Below, piece after piece: positions 26,846 through 37,571 of a DNA stretch of 64,000 nt. Made by a program: the position numbers and the translations under genes. How positions within the stretch are numbered: the first letter of the stretch is position 1; each line of letters opens with the position of its first letter. Location of the stretch: IMG/VR virus record IMGVR_UViG_2885360797_000005, one strand, 5' to 3'. Source of the DNA: a virus. Its lineage: Duplodnaviria; Caudoviricetes. The notes beneath the pieces were generated by a model that saw only the letters and a list, made by a program, of their open reading frames with translations, made no database searches and had not been told where the DNA came from.

Positions 26846-27598
26846 TTACCATTTAAGCAAGTAGCCTTGATTCCATTCCGACACAATGCCGTCAATGATA
26901 TTTTTGCCAGACATCACACTTGCCCAACCCTCCGGGTCAAGAGAGAACCAGAGGTCATTCCAGGATAAGGTACGAACCTGCCATGCCAATATGAATAAAT
27001 CCGTGTTGATGGCTTCCAGTCGGGTCACCACCTCATTGGCGATATAGTACCGCTCGGAGGAGTTGAGCAAGTTCACCTTGTGCTTCTCGTTCTTCCCGTC
27101 CCCACCGGGCACGTTGTAACTGCCCGAAGTCACTAACTGTTTCATGAACGGATAGAGAGCCGCCATCTGTGTTGCCGCATCCGTCAGCTCGTCCGACACG
27201 ATGGCAGCGATAGCCGTACCTTTCAGATTATGCCCGACAGATTTGGTCAACAGGCTGCAGTTCTTTGGTATCTCAGTCGTAACCAATTCCCCTGCACGTT
27301 TAATCTGGTAGAGGTTCTGCATCGCACCCTGCGCATTGGAGAGGTATTCCAGCATCTTGTTCTCCACAGAGTGAATACGGTCAAGGGCCAAGGTCACGGC
27401 TGTCTCGGCAGCGATAATCTGTTCCTGTCTTTTCTTACGTTGCTTGTGGATATTCTTCAATTCCACCGTCTGGGCAATCACCGCACCCGTCAATGCCGGG
27501 TCGGTCTGCTGGGCAAATGTAGGCAAGCCGTTCATCAGGGAAACTGATAGAATGGCCAATGCCGCCACTTTTGATTTTATTCTTATCATATACTTCAC
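26846..27598 (-). CDS. Exported conjugation-associated protein, paralog of 42413-43153
   Basis: Signal peptide; shared NDLxFxxDPEGWA..KN..WN. Confidence 0.7.
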   Translation of the reverse strand: MKYMIRIKSKVAALAILSVSLMNGLPTFAQQTDPALTGAVIAQTVELKNIHKQRKKRQEQIIAAETAVTLALDRIHSVENKMLEYLSNAQGAMQNLYQIKRAGELVTTEIPKNCSLLTKSVGHNLKGTAIAAIVSDELTDAATQMAALYPFMKQLVTSGSYNVPGGDGKNEKHKVNLLNSSERYYIANEVVTRLEAINTDLFILAWQVRTLSWNDLWFSLDPEGWASVMSGKNIIDGIVSEWNQGYLLKW

Positions 27599-28779
27599 AT
27601 TTTAAGACCTGCATTTCTGCGTTCAGTCAAGTTGTGTTCACGTTCCTCTTTATGCGGAGAGATTATCGGCATCATCGACTTGTTCATCAGACAGTCGTTC
27701 CAATCCTTGAAAGCCTTGGGTGGTAGCCATTGACCCATCTTGTAACGAATGGATAGTTTCTCGCTGACCTGTGCCGTTAAAGAGCGTTCCGTATTCAATT
27801 CAAAGGACTTTCCTTTGGCTTCAATAGAAAGAACATCATCCTTTTTACTGATTTTCATTGGAATATCCTCCAGTATCGCCATCATACGCAATCCATAGAT
27901 ACGTCCGGCTAAATCATTGTCGAAACAGTCAAACGCCCTCGCATTAGGGAAACGTGCCATAGTCTCGGTTATCTGCTTGTCAGAGAACGTACCACCCAAT
28001 GAGACCAAAGCCACATCCGTACCTAACAGTATCTTGTTCATTTGATAGAAAGCCATTGCATCGAAAGCTGACTCACAGAAGAACACGCTTCGTACAGCCT
28101 CACGATTGCCACCTGTCAGGTCTGCTACCCAAGCCGAAGAGGACGAATCCGTACCTGCCGCCTTTGATTTGTAACCGCCATAGCCACGAATCTCGTAGCC
28201 GTTGGCTTCGTCACTATGTCCGTTGGTATAAGGAAAACCGATGTTGTAACCGTCAAATTTTCCGTTCCGCTTATCTCTGACAAGAAAAATAAAAGATGAA
28301 AGTTCTTTCACGGTATCATCCGAAATGCCCCGTTGGGAGAATAGTACCGGTATTTTGTTGGTATCAATCGGCTTTACTTCATAGCGTGATTCATCAAATA
28401 CGGCATCGTGTCTGACAGATTTGATATACTCTCTATCTTCCCGGTATTCGGGTTCGGGCATATTGGCAAAGCGTGCCATTACTTTGGCAATCTTCTGCCA
28501 ATCGTCCTTACCCGATACCAAGAATGAATTGAGATTCTCACGGATGAGAGTGACCACATCACCTTTGGAGCCATCCCTGCGGAAGAAAGTCTGAGCCGCC
28601 TTGTTATGCGGATGGCTTACAATGAGGGTGTCACGTCTGTTGTTGCCTTCGCCCAATACCAGCTCGATATATTTGCCGACACCGGCTTTTCGGTCCAGAC
28701 GGTAGCCCAACGTATAAGCTACGTCATCCACACCCACACGGGATTTCATGTCTTTGAAGTTTACTTTGTAATCACTCAT
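27595..28779 (-). CDS. Toprim-domain primase-like protein
   Basis: FCESAFDAMA, CFDNDLAG, KDWND. Confidence 0.85.
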   Translation of the reverse strand: MSDYKVNFKDMKSRVGVDDVAYTLGYRLDRKAGVGKYIELVLGEGNNRRDTLIVSHPHNKAAQTFFRRDGSKGDVVTLIRENLNSFLVSGKDDWQKIAKVMARFANMPEPEYREDREYIKSVRHDAVFDESRYEVKPIDTNKIPVLFSQRGISDDTVKELSSFIFLVRDKRNGKFDGYNIGFPYTNGHSDEANGYEIRGYGGYKSKAAGTDSSSSAWVADLTGGNREAVRSVFFCESAFDAMAFYQMNKILLGTDVALVSLGGTFSDKQITETMARFPNARAFDCFDNDLAGRIYGLRMMAILEDIPMKISKKDDVLSIEAKGKSFELNTERSLTAQVSEKLSIRYKMGQWLPPKAFKDWNDCLMNKSMMPIISPHKEEREHNLTERRNAGLKM

Positions 28780-28802
28780 AATCGCTAAGATTTACAGAAT
28801 GA

Positions 28803-30140
28803 TTACAAGCTAATCCCGGAACTTACCTTCTGACTTCTCCGCATAACTGTCAACTCCGGCTCGTATGTCTTACGTGCCGTCATATTCAGAAATGCCGACT
28901 TATCTTTTTGGTCAGTAAGCTGAAAGAACGTTTTTGCCGTGTCCTTGGTAACTTTCTTCAATCCCAACTCCACACCATTGTAAGAAGCACGGATGGCATA
29001 GTCACCGGAACGGGTCTTGATAATGGCGGCATTCTTGAAGGGAATTTCCTCATCAGCACCCAAGGGAGCAAAAGGGTCGTTCTTGGCAAGGTAAGGCTGT
29101 TCGCCCAATGCCAACCGTTGCTTGTCCACGTGGTCAAGTATCAAGTCTGATGCCTTGTTCACATCCGCCATGATGGAAACGATGAATTTCGGTTCCTTCT
29201 TCAGGACACCAATCCACGAATCCAGATAGGCTGCTGAGTTGTCCGTTATCTTGGAATCAAATCCCATCGAATGGCTGATCATGGCAGCCGTCAGTTCCGC
29301 CACCAATTCCTCCTTCGCATATTTCGGGTCTCCGAACTTGCCACCCATTTCTCGGTTCAGTCGTTCAGCCGTCATGGTCGAGTGCGTCATTTCGTGGAGC
29401 ATGGTGGAATAATACTCCATACCTCCGCGATAGATTTCCTCCGGTGTATTACCGATGTTGAACTGCTCCTTCAAGGGAACAACAATCCGGTCTGCCAAGG
29501 GAGAATAATAAGCACCGTCCACCCGCTTGTCCGCCTGTATCGGGCAGAGCCACCCTTGGGTCTGTACCATACGGTCAAGAGCGGCATGGGCATACATACC
29601 TTCGGTATCTCGAAGCTCCGGTACTTTGAATTTATCCAGCAGCTTTTGCATACGTTCCGGCTGTACCTCTGCCAGATTGGTCTGCGCCACGTTATAAACC
29701 GGGAAAGCCTTGATAAAAGGTATCGCTTCCAAATCTTTCCGTTCCTCGCGGCTCATGGCACGGTATTCATCCGAACTGATTTTCTGTCCGTTCTTGTCCT
29801 TCACCAGCATATCCCAATAGACCACCGGAAAGGCGTGTTCTCCTTTCAGTACATGGGCTTTGAGGTTATGCGCCTGCTTGAAGGTCAGGTAAACAGGGAG
29901 GTCATAACCATTCGCTGCCGTATGAAGTTGGAGGAACAACGAGTTGGAGCCGGAATAGTTCCTGCCGCCCACGTTCTGCGGCAAGCCGGCATAACCCGAT
30001 GCACCGCCAATCCAGCCTTTCTTCCAGTCGGAGGCTTTCATCTGCTCCATACGGTCAATCATCATCGCCGCAAACTTATCCAAAGCGACCTGACCGGCAT
30101 TGCCCGAAGCTGATGGATTGTAATTAGTTCCAGATGCCAT
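28803..30140 (-). CDS. ardC: ArdC-family ssDNA-binding antirestriction protein with zincin domain
   Basis: YSGSN..YLTFKQA, YYSTMLHEMTHST, YAKEELVAEL, SAAYLDSW. Confidence 0.9.
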   Translation of the reverse strand: MASGTNYNPSASGNAGQVALDKFAAMMIDRMEQMKASDWKKGWIGGASGYAGLPQNVGGRNYSGSNSLFLQLHTAANGYDLPVYLTFKQAHNLKAHVLKGEHAFPVVYWDMLVKDKNGQKISSDEYRAMSREERKDLEAIPFIKAFPVYNVAQTNLAEVQPERMQKLLDKFKVPELRDTEGMYAHAALDRMVQTQGWLCPIQADKRVDGAYYSPLADRIVVPLKEQFNIGNTPEEIYRGGMEYYSTMLHEMTHSTMTAERLNREMGGKFGDPKYAKEELVAELTAAMISHSMGFDSKITDNSAAYLDSWIGVLKKEPKFIVSIMADVNKASDLILDHVDKQRLALGEQPYLAKNDPFAPLGADEEIPFKNAAIIKTRSGDYAIRASYNGVELGLKKVTKDTAKTFFQLTDQKDKSAFLNMTARKTYEPELTVMRRSQKVSSGISL

Positions 30141-30375
30141 AGTCCTCGTCGTCCATTACCTGACGGTCCATCTGTTCGATGTCCGTCTGCTCGATATAAA
30201 ACTCTGCGGATTCATCCGAGGGGTCTGTGCCGTGGGTACGGCACCACTCTAAATAATCCTGTTCGTTCTCACTCTCCATGACAAAACGGAGATAACCGAT
30301 TTTACCCTCCTGAAGGAGTTCCACCAACTCCTCGTGCTTCATTTTTTCACTCATATCTTGTTTTTCTTTTATCAT
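30124..30375 (-). CDS. Small acidic hypothetical protein
   Basis: Operon packing, overlaps the ardC start. Confidence 0.7.
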   Translation of the reverse strand: MIKEKQDMSEKMKHEELVELLQEGKIGYLRFVMESENEQDYLEWCRTHGTDPSDESAEFYIEQTDIEQMDRQVMDDEDYGIWN

Positions 30376-30395
30376 TAAATTGTTGTCTGATTGCG

Positions 30396-31655
30396 TTACC
30401 TTTTCATGGATGTAGATTTCTCCACCTTGACACTTTTTGCCGCAAGCATACCTGTGATTTCCGTATTGAGATACTTGGCTGCAATCTGTTCCCGGGTGGC
30501 GGTCTTTGCCTTGAAAAGGGAATAGCCGTCATCGAAGGAGATTTCATGCTTGGTGGTGCGGCCTTTGTCGCCCATATCCACGGACACCTTCCACTTGTTG
30601 TCACCTCGGTCTTTCGCCACACGCACACCTTTCGGGTCTATGCCTTCGGGAAGCTGGTACTTCTCGTAGGCTGATTTCAGATGCAGACGCTCACCGAAGT
30701 TCTTTTCCACCAACTGGGCCGGAGTCATTACCCGGTCGAAGTAGGCATTCAAGTCCTGTCTTGAAGCGACTGCCGACATCTTGGAATCACCGATTTGCGC
30801 GTAGAACTTATACTTGCCATAGTCGGCACGCTGCTCATCCTTCTCCTTATAAACATTGAACTTCTCCACGGAGATATTACCTTCCGGTCCGGCAATGGAC
30901 TTCGGCATCTTGAAGGCTTCCTCCGAAACCTTGGGCATCAGCTTGGTGGGATAATAGCGTTCCATCAACTGAGGCACGGTCATTTCCTTCTTCTGGTAGG
31001 CGGCAAGGTCGGCAGCATCCATCCGCTGGGGCTTCAACTGCTTGCCGTCCATCTTGGCGGTGAAGTACCACTCTTCAGGATTGGCTTTGCTTTGGTAGGC
31101 ATGGCCGTGGGTCACTTTCTCACCGGCGGCAGTTACCATTTGAGGCTCGCGCGGTTTGCGTTCCTGTTTCGCCTCGGCTTTCTGTTCACTCTTGGCTTCC
31201 ACTTGTGTTTCCACCTTCTTTTCCTTGGCAGGTTTCTTCCCGGCTGCGTTCTTCACAGTCTTGGCAGGCTCTTCCTGCACAACCTTCTCTTTACTCTTCT
31301 TTGTCATATCGATATTGTTTGATAGGATTGGCTCCTCATTCTTCCTTATTTTCTCTACAACTTCAAGCCTGTCACAGATGGCGACACGTGCTCCGGCACG
31401 GATGAGTTTGGGCAGATAGGTGTCCAATACGGTTCTTGGAAACTCGGCGGTCTTTATCTTCTTCTCAATGCCCGAAGTCAGTTTGTCCATCGTGGCTATA
31501 CCGAGAATCAAGGCGGCTTTTACGGCATCTTCTTTGTAGAGTTTATAGAAGTCACCCTCCCGAAAAAGGAGCATCGCATCTGGATGCTTTGCCTTCAGAT
31601 TGCTGAACTCTTTGGGTAGTCCGGCTTCCAGCTCTTTATCTGATTGCTTTGCCAT
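30396..31655 (-). CDS. MutS domain I fused to a repeated C-terminal region
   Basis: [35 protein letters not shown]; no ATPase domain. Confidence 0.8.
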   Translation of the reverse strand: MAKQSDKELEAGLPKEFSNLKAKHPDAMLLFREGDFYKLYKEDAVKAALILGIATMDKLTSGIEKKIKTAEFPRTVLDTYLPKLIRAGARVAICDRLEVVEKIRKNEEPILSNNIDMTKKSKEKVVQEEPAKTVKNAAGKKPAKEKKVETQVEAKSEQKAEAKQERKPREPQMVTAAGEKVTHGHAYQSKANPEEWYFTAKMDGKQLKPQRMDAADLAAYQKKEMTVPQLMERYYPTKLMPKVSEEAFKMPKSIAGPEGNISVEKFNVYKEKDEQRADYGKYKFYAQIGDSKMSAVASRQDLNAYFDRVMTPAQLVEKNFGERLHLKSAYEKYQLPEGIDPKGVRVAKDRGDNKWKVSVDMGDKGRTTKHEISFDDGYSLFKAKTATREQIAAKYLNTEITGMLAAKSVKVEKSTSMKR

Positions 31656-31660
31656 AACCG

Positions 31661-32446
31661 TCAGCGTTTAAATGTATGGCTTGTTTTTTCTTCACGGGAG
31701 GGTTTAAGGTGGATGGCCCGTTCCTTGGACTGGGCATCCACGACTTTTTGATATTCCCAACGGTTCTTGTCCGTCATTACCAGCCCCAGGTATTCAGGAT
31801 GCTGCTCGTCATAACGGAGTTTTTGCTGCCGTTCCCACTCCTTCATATCGCCTTGGATAACTTTGAAGCCTTGTGGCTCTTTCAAGTCCACGCCCACGGA
31901 AACTTTCTCACCGCCTACATTGAGTTCGATGGGCTTGCCTTCGCGTACCTGTTGCTTCTGCTGGGTGCCCAATTCAATGTCATTGACCTTTTCCATATCT
32001 TTGAGCTTCTGCTCCAGTTGGATGTCGGTTACTTTGCGGTGGATGACCGATTGGGTTTCCGGGTCTAATTGAAGATACTGCTGCGTTTTCTCACCGTTTA
32101 CTTCCACGGCTTTTTGAAGCACCTCGCCATTCCGTAACCGTGCGGCTTCCTGCTCGGTCAAGCGGAGAACCTTGTTACGTTCCACTTCAAGTTCCGCTCT
32201 GACCGGATAGGCGATAAGAGCCGGATTACCGTTCTTGTCAGCCGTAAGCTGCAACTTCACAGGCAAGGTGATGATGTCGCCATTGCGGGCATGGATAGAG
32301 ACCTGCATCAGCGGAGTAACCTCGCCTGACACCAGTCGCTCCTTTACCTCTTTGGGCAACAAATCCGCTTTCTCCTTGTCGATGCCCAATACTGCCAGCT
32401 TCTCGTAAGGCAGCATTTCGGATAGATTTCTGTTGTGTAATTCCAT
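31661..32446 (-). CDS. DUF4099/DUF3945-like conjugative-element protein
   Basis: [25 protein letters not shown] pattern. Confidence 0.7.
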   Translation of the reverse strand: MELHNRNLSEMLPYEKLAVLGIDKEKADLLPKEVKERLVSGEVTPLMQVSIHARNGDIITLPVKLQLTADKNGNPALIAYPVRAELEVERNKVLRLTEQEAARLRNGEVLQKAVEVNGEKTQQYLQLDPETQSVIHRKVTDIQLEQKLKDMEKVNDIELGTQQKQQVREGKPIELNVGGEKVSVGVDLKEPQGFKVIQGDMKEWERQQKLRYDEQHPEYLGLVMTDKNRWEYQKVVDAQSKERAIHLKPSREEKTSHTFKR

Positions 32447-32497
32447 TTGAATGATGTTGAACTGTTAATTTTGCGGTGTCGTTACCGCTTGGATGTC

Positions 32498-32540
32498 ACA
32501 AAATTATCTACATCAAATCCCAAAGAAGAAATGCGCAACA
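32498..32540 (-). promoter_or_regulatory. Shared transfer promoter, copy 1
   Basis: Minus strand TGTTGCGCATTTC-N19-GATAATTTTGT, upstream of the gene starting at 32446. Confidence 0.7.
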
Positions 32541-33151
32541 CTATTCTGACTGCAATGATTCTGATGCTGATGCCGGAAATGGCATCGGCACAATTCTATA
32601 CGATAACGAAAGAAGCTGAAATAAAGCAAATTCGAGCAAACGATAATGCAAATAACATTGATATTAAGGATAATACAGCACGAACAGAGCCTAATAAAGA
32701 ACTGGAAGGCACATTAAAAGCTCAACCTGATATTAGAACAAACAAGCGTCTATGCACCCGAAAAGTGGACGGTAAAACGTCCCAAAAATTCAAGCGAGTT
32801 AAAGCAAACGAGCTTCTCCCTGAATTAACCATCCCCAATCTTTATGCAGAAATCAAACGGAACGGCATCCTATATCCGAAAGTAGTATTGGCACAAGCCA
32901 TTTTGGAAACGGGCTGGTTCACCTCTCCGCTGTGCAGGAATAGGCACAACCTCTTTGGATTGACCAATCCGCGTACCGGGAAGTATTATGAGTTTGACCA
33001 TTGGTCGGAAAGTGTACGTGCTTATTATACCAAGGTACAGTACAAGTACAAACGAGAAGATGGGAACTATCTGCTTTGGCTCAAAAAGATTGGGTATGCG
33101 GAAGCTCCCGATTATGTTCCGGCAGTTATCAGTGTGCTAAAAATGTTATAA
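32531..33151 (+). CDS. Exported glucosaminidase (GH73-like peptidoglycan hydrolase)
   Basis: Reads on the + strand (the track labels it '-'); signal peptide ..ASA-Q, AQAILETGW, HNLFGL, YAEAPDY. Confidence 0.85.
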   Translation: MRNTILTAMILMLMPEMASAQFYTITKEAEIKQIRANDNANNIDIKDNTARTEPNKELEGTLKAQPDIRTNKRLCTRKVDGKTSQKFKRVKANELLPELTIPNLYAEIKRNGILYPKVVLAQAILETGWFTSPLCRNRHNLFGLTNPRTGKYYEFDHWSESVRAYYTKVQYKYKREDGNYLLWLKKIGYAEAPDYVPAVISVLKML

Positions 33152-33833
33152 CGCACCATATTAGCAGCAAGTGTACCGGATAGAAAGCATAAAATCCATA
33201 CTTTGCGACATTGCCCTTGATAAATCCTCTTGCGCCATCGTATAAGAATATGGTCATACAAGCCAGCAAAGCACCGATGCTGCCATAGTGCATCATCAAT
33301 GGAAAAGCACAAAGAAGCTGCATCATTCGACCATAGGGAAAAGGAAGATTATCGTTTTGATTTCGTAACAGATTGAAAACTAAAATCATCAATATCCCTC
33401 GCCACTCATAATCCACTCCTGACCAAGTGGCAAGATAAGCAATAGAGAGAATAGCAATCCCACAAAGGACGCTATTCTCTTTCAGTTTCTCCAGTACAGC
33501 CAAAGCCACCACACCCAAAGCCAACGTGAACATCACATTGTGCGTACCGTCCGCTCCATTCAACAGATACCAAGAGACTTCGCTGATAACGGCAAATACC
33601 AATAGCCGTGTAAAGTACCTCTTTCTGTTATGCGTATAAGCGAAGCCTTCCGCTATCAAGAAGGCAAACACCGGGAAAGCGATACGACCAACACAGCGCA
33701 TGGCCTCGTAAAGTGTAGAATTGTTATCCATCAGAAAATAAGCACAATGGTCTATTACCATAGATACAATGGCGATAATCTTTAGTACACTACCGCTAAA
33801 AGTGGGTATCTTCGCAAGTCTTTCCATAATCAA
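33129..33833 (-). CDS. traX: TraX-family membrane protein
   Basis: LKIIAIVSMVIDH, GRIAFPVFAFLIAEGF, FYAFYPVHL. Confidence 0.9.
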   Translation of the reverse strand: MIMERLAKIPTFSGSVLKIIAIVSMVIDHCAYFLMDNNSTLYEAMRCVGRIAFPVFAFLIAEGFAYTHNRKRYFTRLLVFAVISEVSWYLLNGADGTHNVMFTLALGVVALAVLEKLKENSVLCGIAILSIAYLATWSGVDYEWRGILMILVFNLLRNQNDNLPFPYGRMMQLLCAFPLMMHYGSIGALLACMTIFLYDGARGFIKGNVAKYGFYAFYPVHLLLIWCVITFLAH

Positions 33834-36139
33834 CTCATTCCAAGCAGTTCCTTGACCATATCCTCGACCTCCTGATTAACACGTTTGAAATTGCGGTTCA
33901 GCATTATCTCTTTCTCACGGTCATTCTTAAACTCATAGATTTTAGGGAGAACCACATAGTGGTCTTCCTCCATCTTAATCTTCTTCATATCGAAGTGGGT
34001 CTTGCAGAAATACTTCGTGGTCTTGAACTCCTCCGACTGCTCAATGTCGAAGCTGTTAAGCATCTTGTCATCGGTAGCGGTAAAGTCACGTGCCGCCTGA
34101 CCTGCCAGCCAACCGGTAGCCATGTCCGCTATCTTGGCTGCCGGAACAAGGTAGTCCATCTTCTCCGAGATGGTGGTAGATACCTTTTGGTCGTTGATGG
34201 AGATTGAGCGTGAGGTCTGCTTCGCCTTGCCGAACACGTCATTCTGTGCCCATTCCAATGTTTCCTTGTTACGAGCCGCCCCCATGAAGATATTACCGCA
34301 AGTGGTGATAATCTTCTGCATACCCACCTTGCCATAGTCCGCTTCCAACTGAGGCAACTCTTGGAAACCCAATGTGACGGCTACCTTGTTGGAGCGTGCC
34401 GTACCAATCAGCCGGTCTATCTTATGGAAATACAGAGTGGGCAGCTCGTCCACGATGATGCTTACCGGGATGTTCCCCTTAGAGTTCACTCTTGTAATCA
34501 GTCGGTTCAATACCAGAGCGTTCAGCGAACCGATTACCTGTTCCTTTTCCGGGTCGTTGGCTATGACTAAATAGCTCGGATGCTCCTTGTCAGAAATCTT
34601 CAAGTCGAAGTCATCACCCGTAAATACCCAATAGGCTTCAGGAGATACCAATCTTGCGGCATTGACACGAAGCGTACCAACCATACCTTCCAACTGGTCA
34701 TTCGCCTTGTTCTCAAAAGCACTCTTGAAGGGAGCCATTAGTGAGGCTATCTTGTCATCCTGCATCAGGATGTTGAACACCTGGTCGTAAGACCTACCAA
34801 GGAAGGACAATACGTGCGGCATATCAGAAAACTCGCCCGTAATGGTGTCCGGCTCAACCTCATTGCCGTGTTCATCCTCATACCAGCAGCGTTCAATCTT
34901 AATCAACCTTTTGGTTCTGTCCTTATAAGAAAAGCCGTTCAAGTCCACAAACATCCTATCCTCATCCGTAGAAACATCATTGCCGTTCTCATCAACAAAG
35001 TCTAACACCACGTTTCCCTTATCGTCTATGGCATTGAAGTCATCCCAATTCCGAATAACAATCTCCAGTTTCTTTCCCTCCAGTAGAATATAGCGTTTCA
35101 ACTTCTTTCCGTTCCTGAACCCGACAGGGTGGAAGTTTACAAAGAAATAGATAATCGCTGCCAGGAAGTTCTCTGCCGAATTGGTGAAGAAGGCTTCCGA
35201 GCCGCCTTTCTTCTCGCCACCTCCCTTGTTCAAGGATGCCAGCAAAGTAGCAGCCGTTTCAGAAGCCGCCGCCAAGTCCGGGATATACTTCCGTTGAATA
35301 GGATTGATTCGGTCTGAGTATTCCACATCCGTAAAGTTGATGGTACGGAAACCACAATTAGCTGGAAGCCTTCCGGCTTTCCGATTCTTGCAGAACTGAT
35401 AGAAAAGCGTCTTTGCCAATGTCGGGTACTTGAAATCGTACACCATCATGGCAAACCCTTTTGCGGCGTGTTGTCTTATGAACGGGTCAATGATACCGAA
35501 AGACTTACCCGAACCAGGAGTACCGAGAACAATCGTGCCACGGAACGGGTTGATGATATTGATCCAACCCTTGTGCATCTTCCGTTTCCAATAGTATATC
35601 ATCGGTATGTTTACCGAGTAGTCGTTATTGGCAAGCACTTCCGACTGTTGGAAGGACTCATTCTCGAAATTGAAACGGTCATCACCAACCTTATAGTTGT
35701 AATACTTGGCGATGCCATCCAATCCCTGATGCACCAGCATGGTACCTACCACAGAACATACGGCATAGAGAATACGATTGGCAGGGAATCCCATCCAACT
35801 CATTCCGAAGTCCATCTTGTGAAAGAGGAAACAAAGTCCGACAAGGGTCAATCCGACTAATACAGGGTAGATGACCATTGTCTTCACATTGAACTTCAAT
35901 GCCTTCTTCGCCTTTGTGCCAATACACACCACACAGATGCAGACCAGTTCCACCATCTTGCAACCCGAAACGGACGTGAACACGGGGAATCTGCCTAACA
36001 GGTCAAGAATAAACTGCGTAATACGGTTATCTGCCGCAATGGGCAGATTCATAATTATCTCAATGATGAGAAAGATGTAGATGCAGCTACGGAAGTAGTT
36101 ATACATCTGCTGCTGTTCCCTTGTTTCTTCAAATGCCAT
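33830..36139 (-). CDS. Type IV coupling protein (VirD4/TraD; Bacteroides MobC-like)
   Basis: N-terminal TMs, FNFENESF, INPFRGTIVLGTPGSGKS, DELPT, TARSNKVA. Confidence 0.92.
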   Translation of the reverse strand: MAFEETREQQQMYNYFRSCIYIFLIIEIIMNLPIAADNRITQFILDLLGRFPVFTSVSGCKMVELVCICVVCIGTKAKKALKFNVKTMVIYPVLVGLTLVGLCFLFHKMDFGMSWMGFPANRILYAVCSVVGTMLVHQGLDGIAKYYNYKVGDDRFNFENESFQQSEVLANNDYSVNIPMIYYWKRKMHKGWINIINPFRGTIVLGTPGSGKSFGIIDPFIRQHAAKGFAMMVYDFKYPTLAKTLFYQFCKNRKAGRLPANCGFRTINFTDVEYSDRINPIQRKYIPDLAAASETAATLLASLNKGGGEKKGGSEAFFTNSAENFLAAIIYFFVNFHPVGFRNGKKLKRYILLEGKKLEIVIRNWDDFNAIDDKGNVVLDFVDENGNDVSTDEDRMFVDLNGFSYKDRTKRLIKIERCWYEDEHGNEVEPDTITGEFSDMPHVLSFLGRSYDQVFNILMQDDKIASLMAPFKSAFENKANDQLEGMVGTLRVNAARLVSPEAYWVFTGDDFDLKISDKEHPSYLVIANDPEKEQVIGSLNALVLNRLITRVNSKGNIPVSIIVDELPTLYFHKIDRLIGTARSNKVAVTLGFQELPQLEADYGKVGMQKIITTCGNIFMGAARNKETLEWAQNDVFGKAKQTSRSISINDQKVSTTISEKMDYLVPAAKIADMATGWLAGQAARDFTATDDKMLNSFDIEQSEEFKTTKYFCKTHFDMKKIKMEEDHYVVLPKIYEFKNDREKEIMLNRNFKRVNQEVEDMVKELLGMS

Positions 36140-36173
36140 ACGTTACTTTGTTTAATCTAAAATTATCACTCGG

Positions 36174-36644
36174 TTAAAATGGTATCTTTATGCCCAATAG
36201 CAATCCGTTACGAAAAGTGTCCCCATGCAGAAAGTTCACGTTATTTTTTTGGGTTATTACAAACTCGCATCCGTTTCTGAAAACGTAGCTGTATTCAAAG
36301 CCCGCTTCCAGTCCGAGAAAGAATTTCCTTTCCACCGCACCGAATTGAGGGCCGAAACGGAAGCGAAGCATACCGTTCTTATATCGGGCAAGCCGTTGTT
36401 TGTAAACAATACCACCATCCCAGAAGTAACCTTTCCAAAAGTCATCTTTCCTCCAGTGGTTGCCCACCTCGCCATACAACTCCACGGCATTGCCGTAGGA
36501 CAGCGGATGTTCATAGCCGACCGTGGCGTTCAACGTGGAGGGGAACTGGAAGCCTGCATTTATCGTGAGTTTGGCATCTTGTGCTTGTGCGGATGTTCCT
36601 ATGGTCATAACCGCACAAAGTAGAATAAATAATAGTTTTTTCAT
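36174..36644 (-). CDS. Outer-membrane beta-strand tra protein (TraO position)
   Basis: Signal peptide, alternating aromatic strands, C-terminal Phe. Confidence 0.65.
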   Translation of the reverse strand: MKKLLFILLCAVMTIGTSAQAQDAKLTINAGFQFPSTLNATVGYEHPLSYGNAVELYGEVGNHWRKDDFWKGYFWDGGIVYKQRLARYKNGMLRFRFGPQFGAVERKFFLGLEAGFEYSYVFRNGCEFVITQKNNVNFLHGDTFRNGLLLGIKIPF

Positions 36645-37528
36645 TGTACGTCAGAGTATTTAATGTAGTGATACGGATAATAATCGCAGTTCTTCAAGAT
36701 GTCCGAGTCAAAGCCGTCGGCATTGAGGATGTCCTCGTATTCGATGGTCAGCACGATGACGCGGCCGCTGATTTGGTTCTCTGAAATCTCCAGTCGCAGC
36801 ACTTTCTCGTCCGGGAATGTCAGCTTGGGGAGCACCAACACATTGCGATAGTTCTTCTGGAACTTCTTGGCATAGTTAAGCGAGAATACCGGAGTCAGTT
36901 CGATGGTCTGTGAGTTGGTTGCCTTGCTCTGCTTCTTGTCGGTCAGCTTCACTCGCAGTTCTTCTATGTCGTAAGGAATCTTTGTCTTGTTTTGCAACGA
37001 GTAATCAATGAAGAAGTAATCCCCGATGGCATAGATGTTATTGACTACAGCCTTCATACCGTGCGCCTTTGACACCACCTGATTGAACTTGCGGTCGCTG
37101 CCATAAACCGCCCACGCATAGCGGGCCATTTCCGACATGGGCATAGACACCTCCGGGTTGATATAAGATTGCGTATCGCTGTATGGCACTTGGAAGATGG
37201 ATGCCGCCAATGTGGGGGATTGTGTATAGACAATATCATACTGCGCGATATGCCGTTCACCTATCAAAGTAAGCGTACCTAACAGTTCATCTTCCTTATA
37301 ATCGCATACCGAAATGAAATCGCTCTCTTGAAAAGGTCTGATACGCACAATGTTGTCGGCACACTGGTTGCCGATAATCTTGGGAGTGGATATATCCACT
37401 AACTTGATATTCTCCGGCATGACGATGTGGGTGGTCACTCCGCTATTGACATAGATTCTTTCGTTGGCAGATGCGTTGCCCACGACAAAGAAGACACTGA
37501 GAATGAAAAGAAAAATCTTGGATTTCAT
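36641..37528 (-). CDS. traN: Conjugative transposon TraN (DUF4138)
   Basis: TTHIVMPENIKLVDIST, NKTKIPYDI, KLTFPDEKVL. Confidence 0.85.
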   Translation of the reverse strand: MKSKIFLFILSVFFVVGNASANERIYVNSGVTTHIVMPENIKLVDISTPKIIGNQCADNIVRIRPFQESDFISVCDYKEDELLGTLTLIGERHIAQYDIVYTQSPTLAASIFQVPYSDTQSYINPEVSMPMSEMARYAWAVYGSDRKFNQVVSKAHGMKAVVNNIYAIGDYFFIDYSLQNKTKIPYDIEELRVKLTDKKQSKATNSQTIELTPVFSLNYAKKFQKNYRNVLVLPKLTFPDEKVLRLEISENQISGRVIVLTIEYEDILNADGFDSDILKNCDYYPYHYIKYSDVQ

Positions 37529-37571
37529 ACGAATTGAATTATAATTTTAATGATTCTTGTTTTAATAATCT

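Noticed and set aside
32447-33151. Track lists this ORF on the minus strand starting at 32447
   Set aside because: The given translation reads on the + strand (ATGCGCAAC at 32531, TAA at 33149-33151); strand corrected and start moved to the signal peptide
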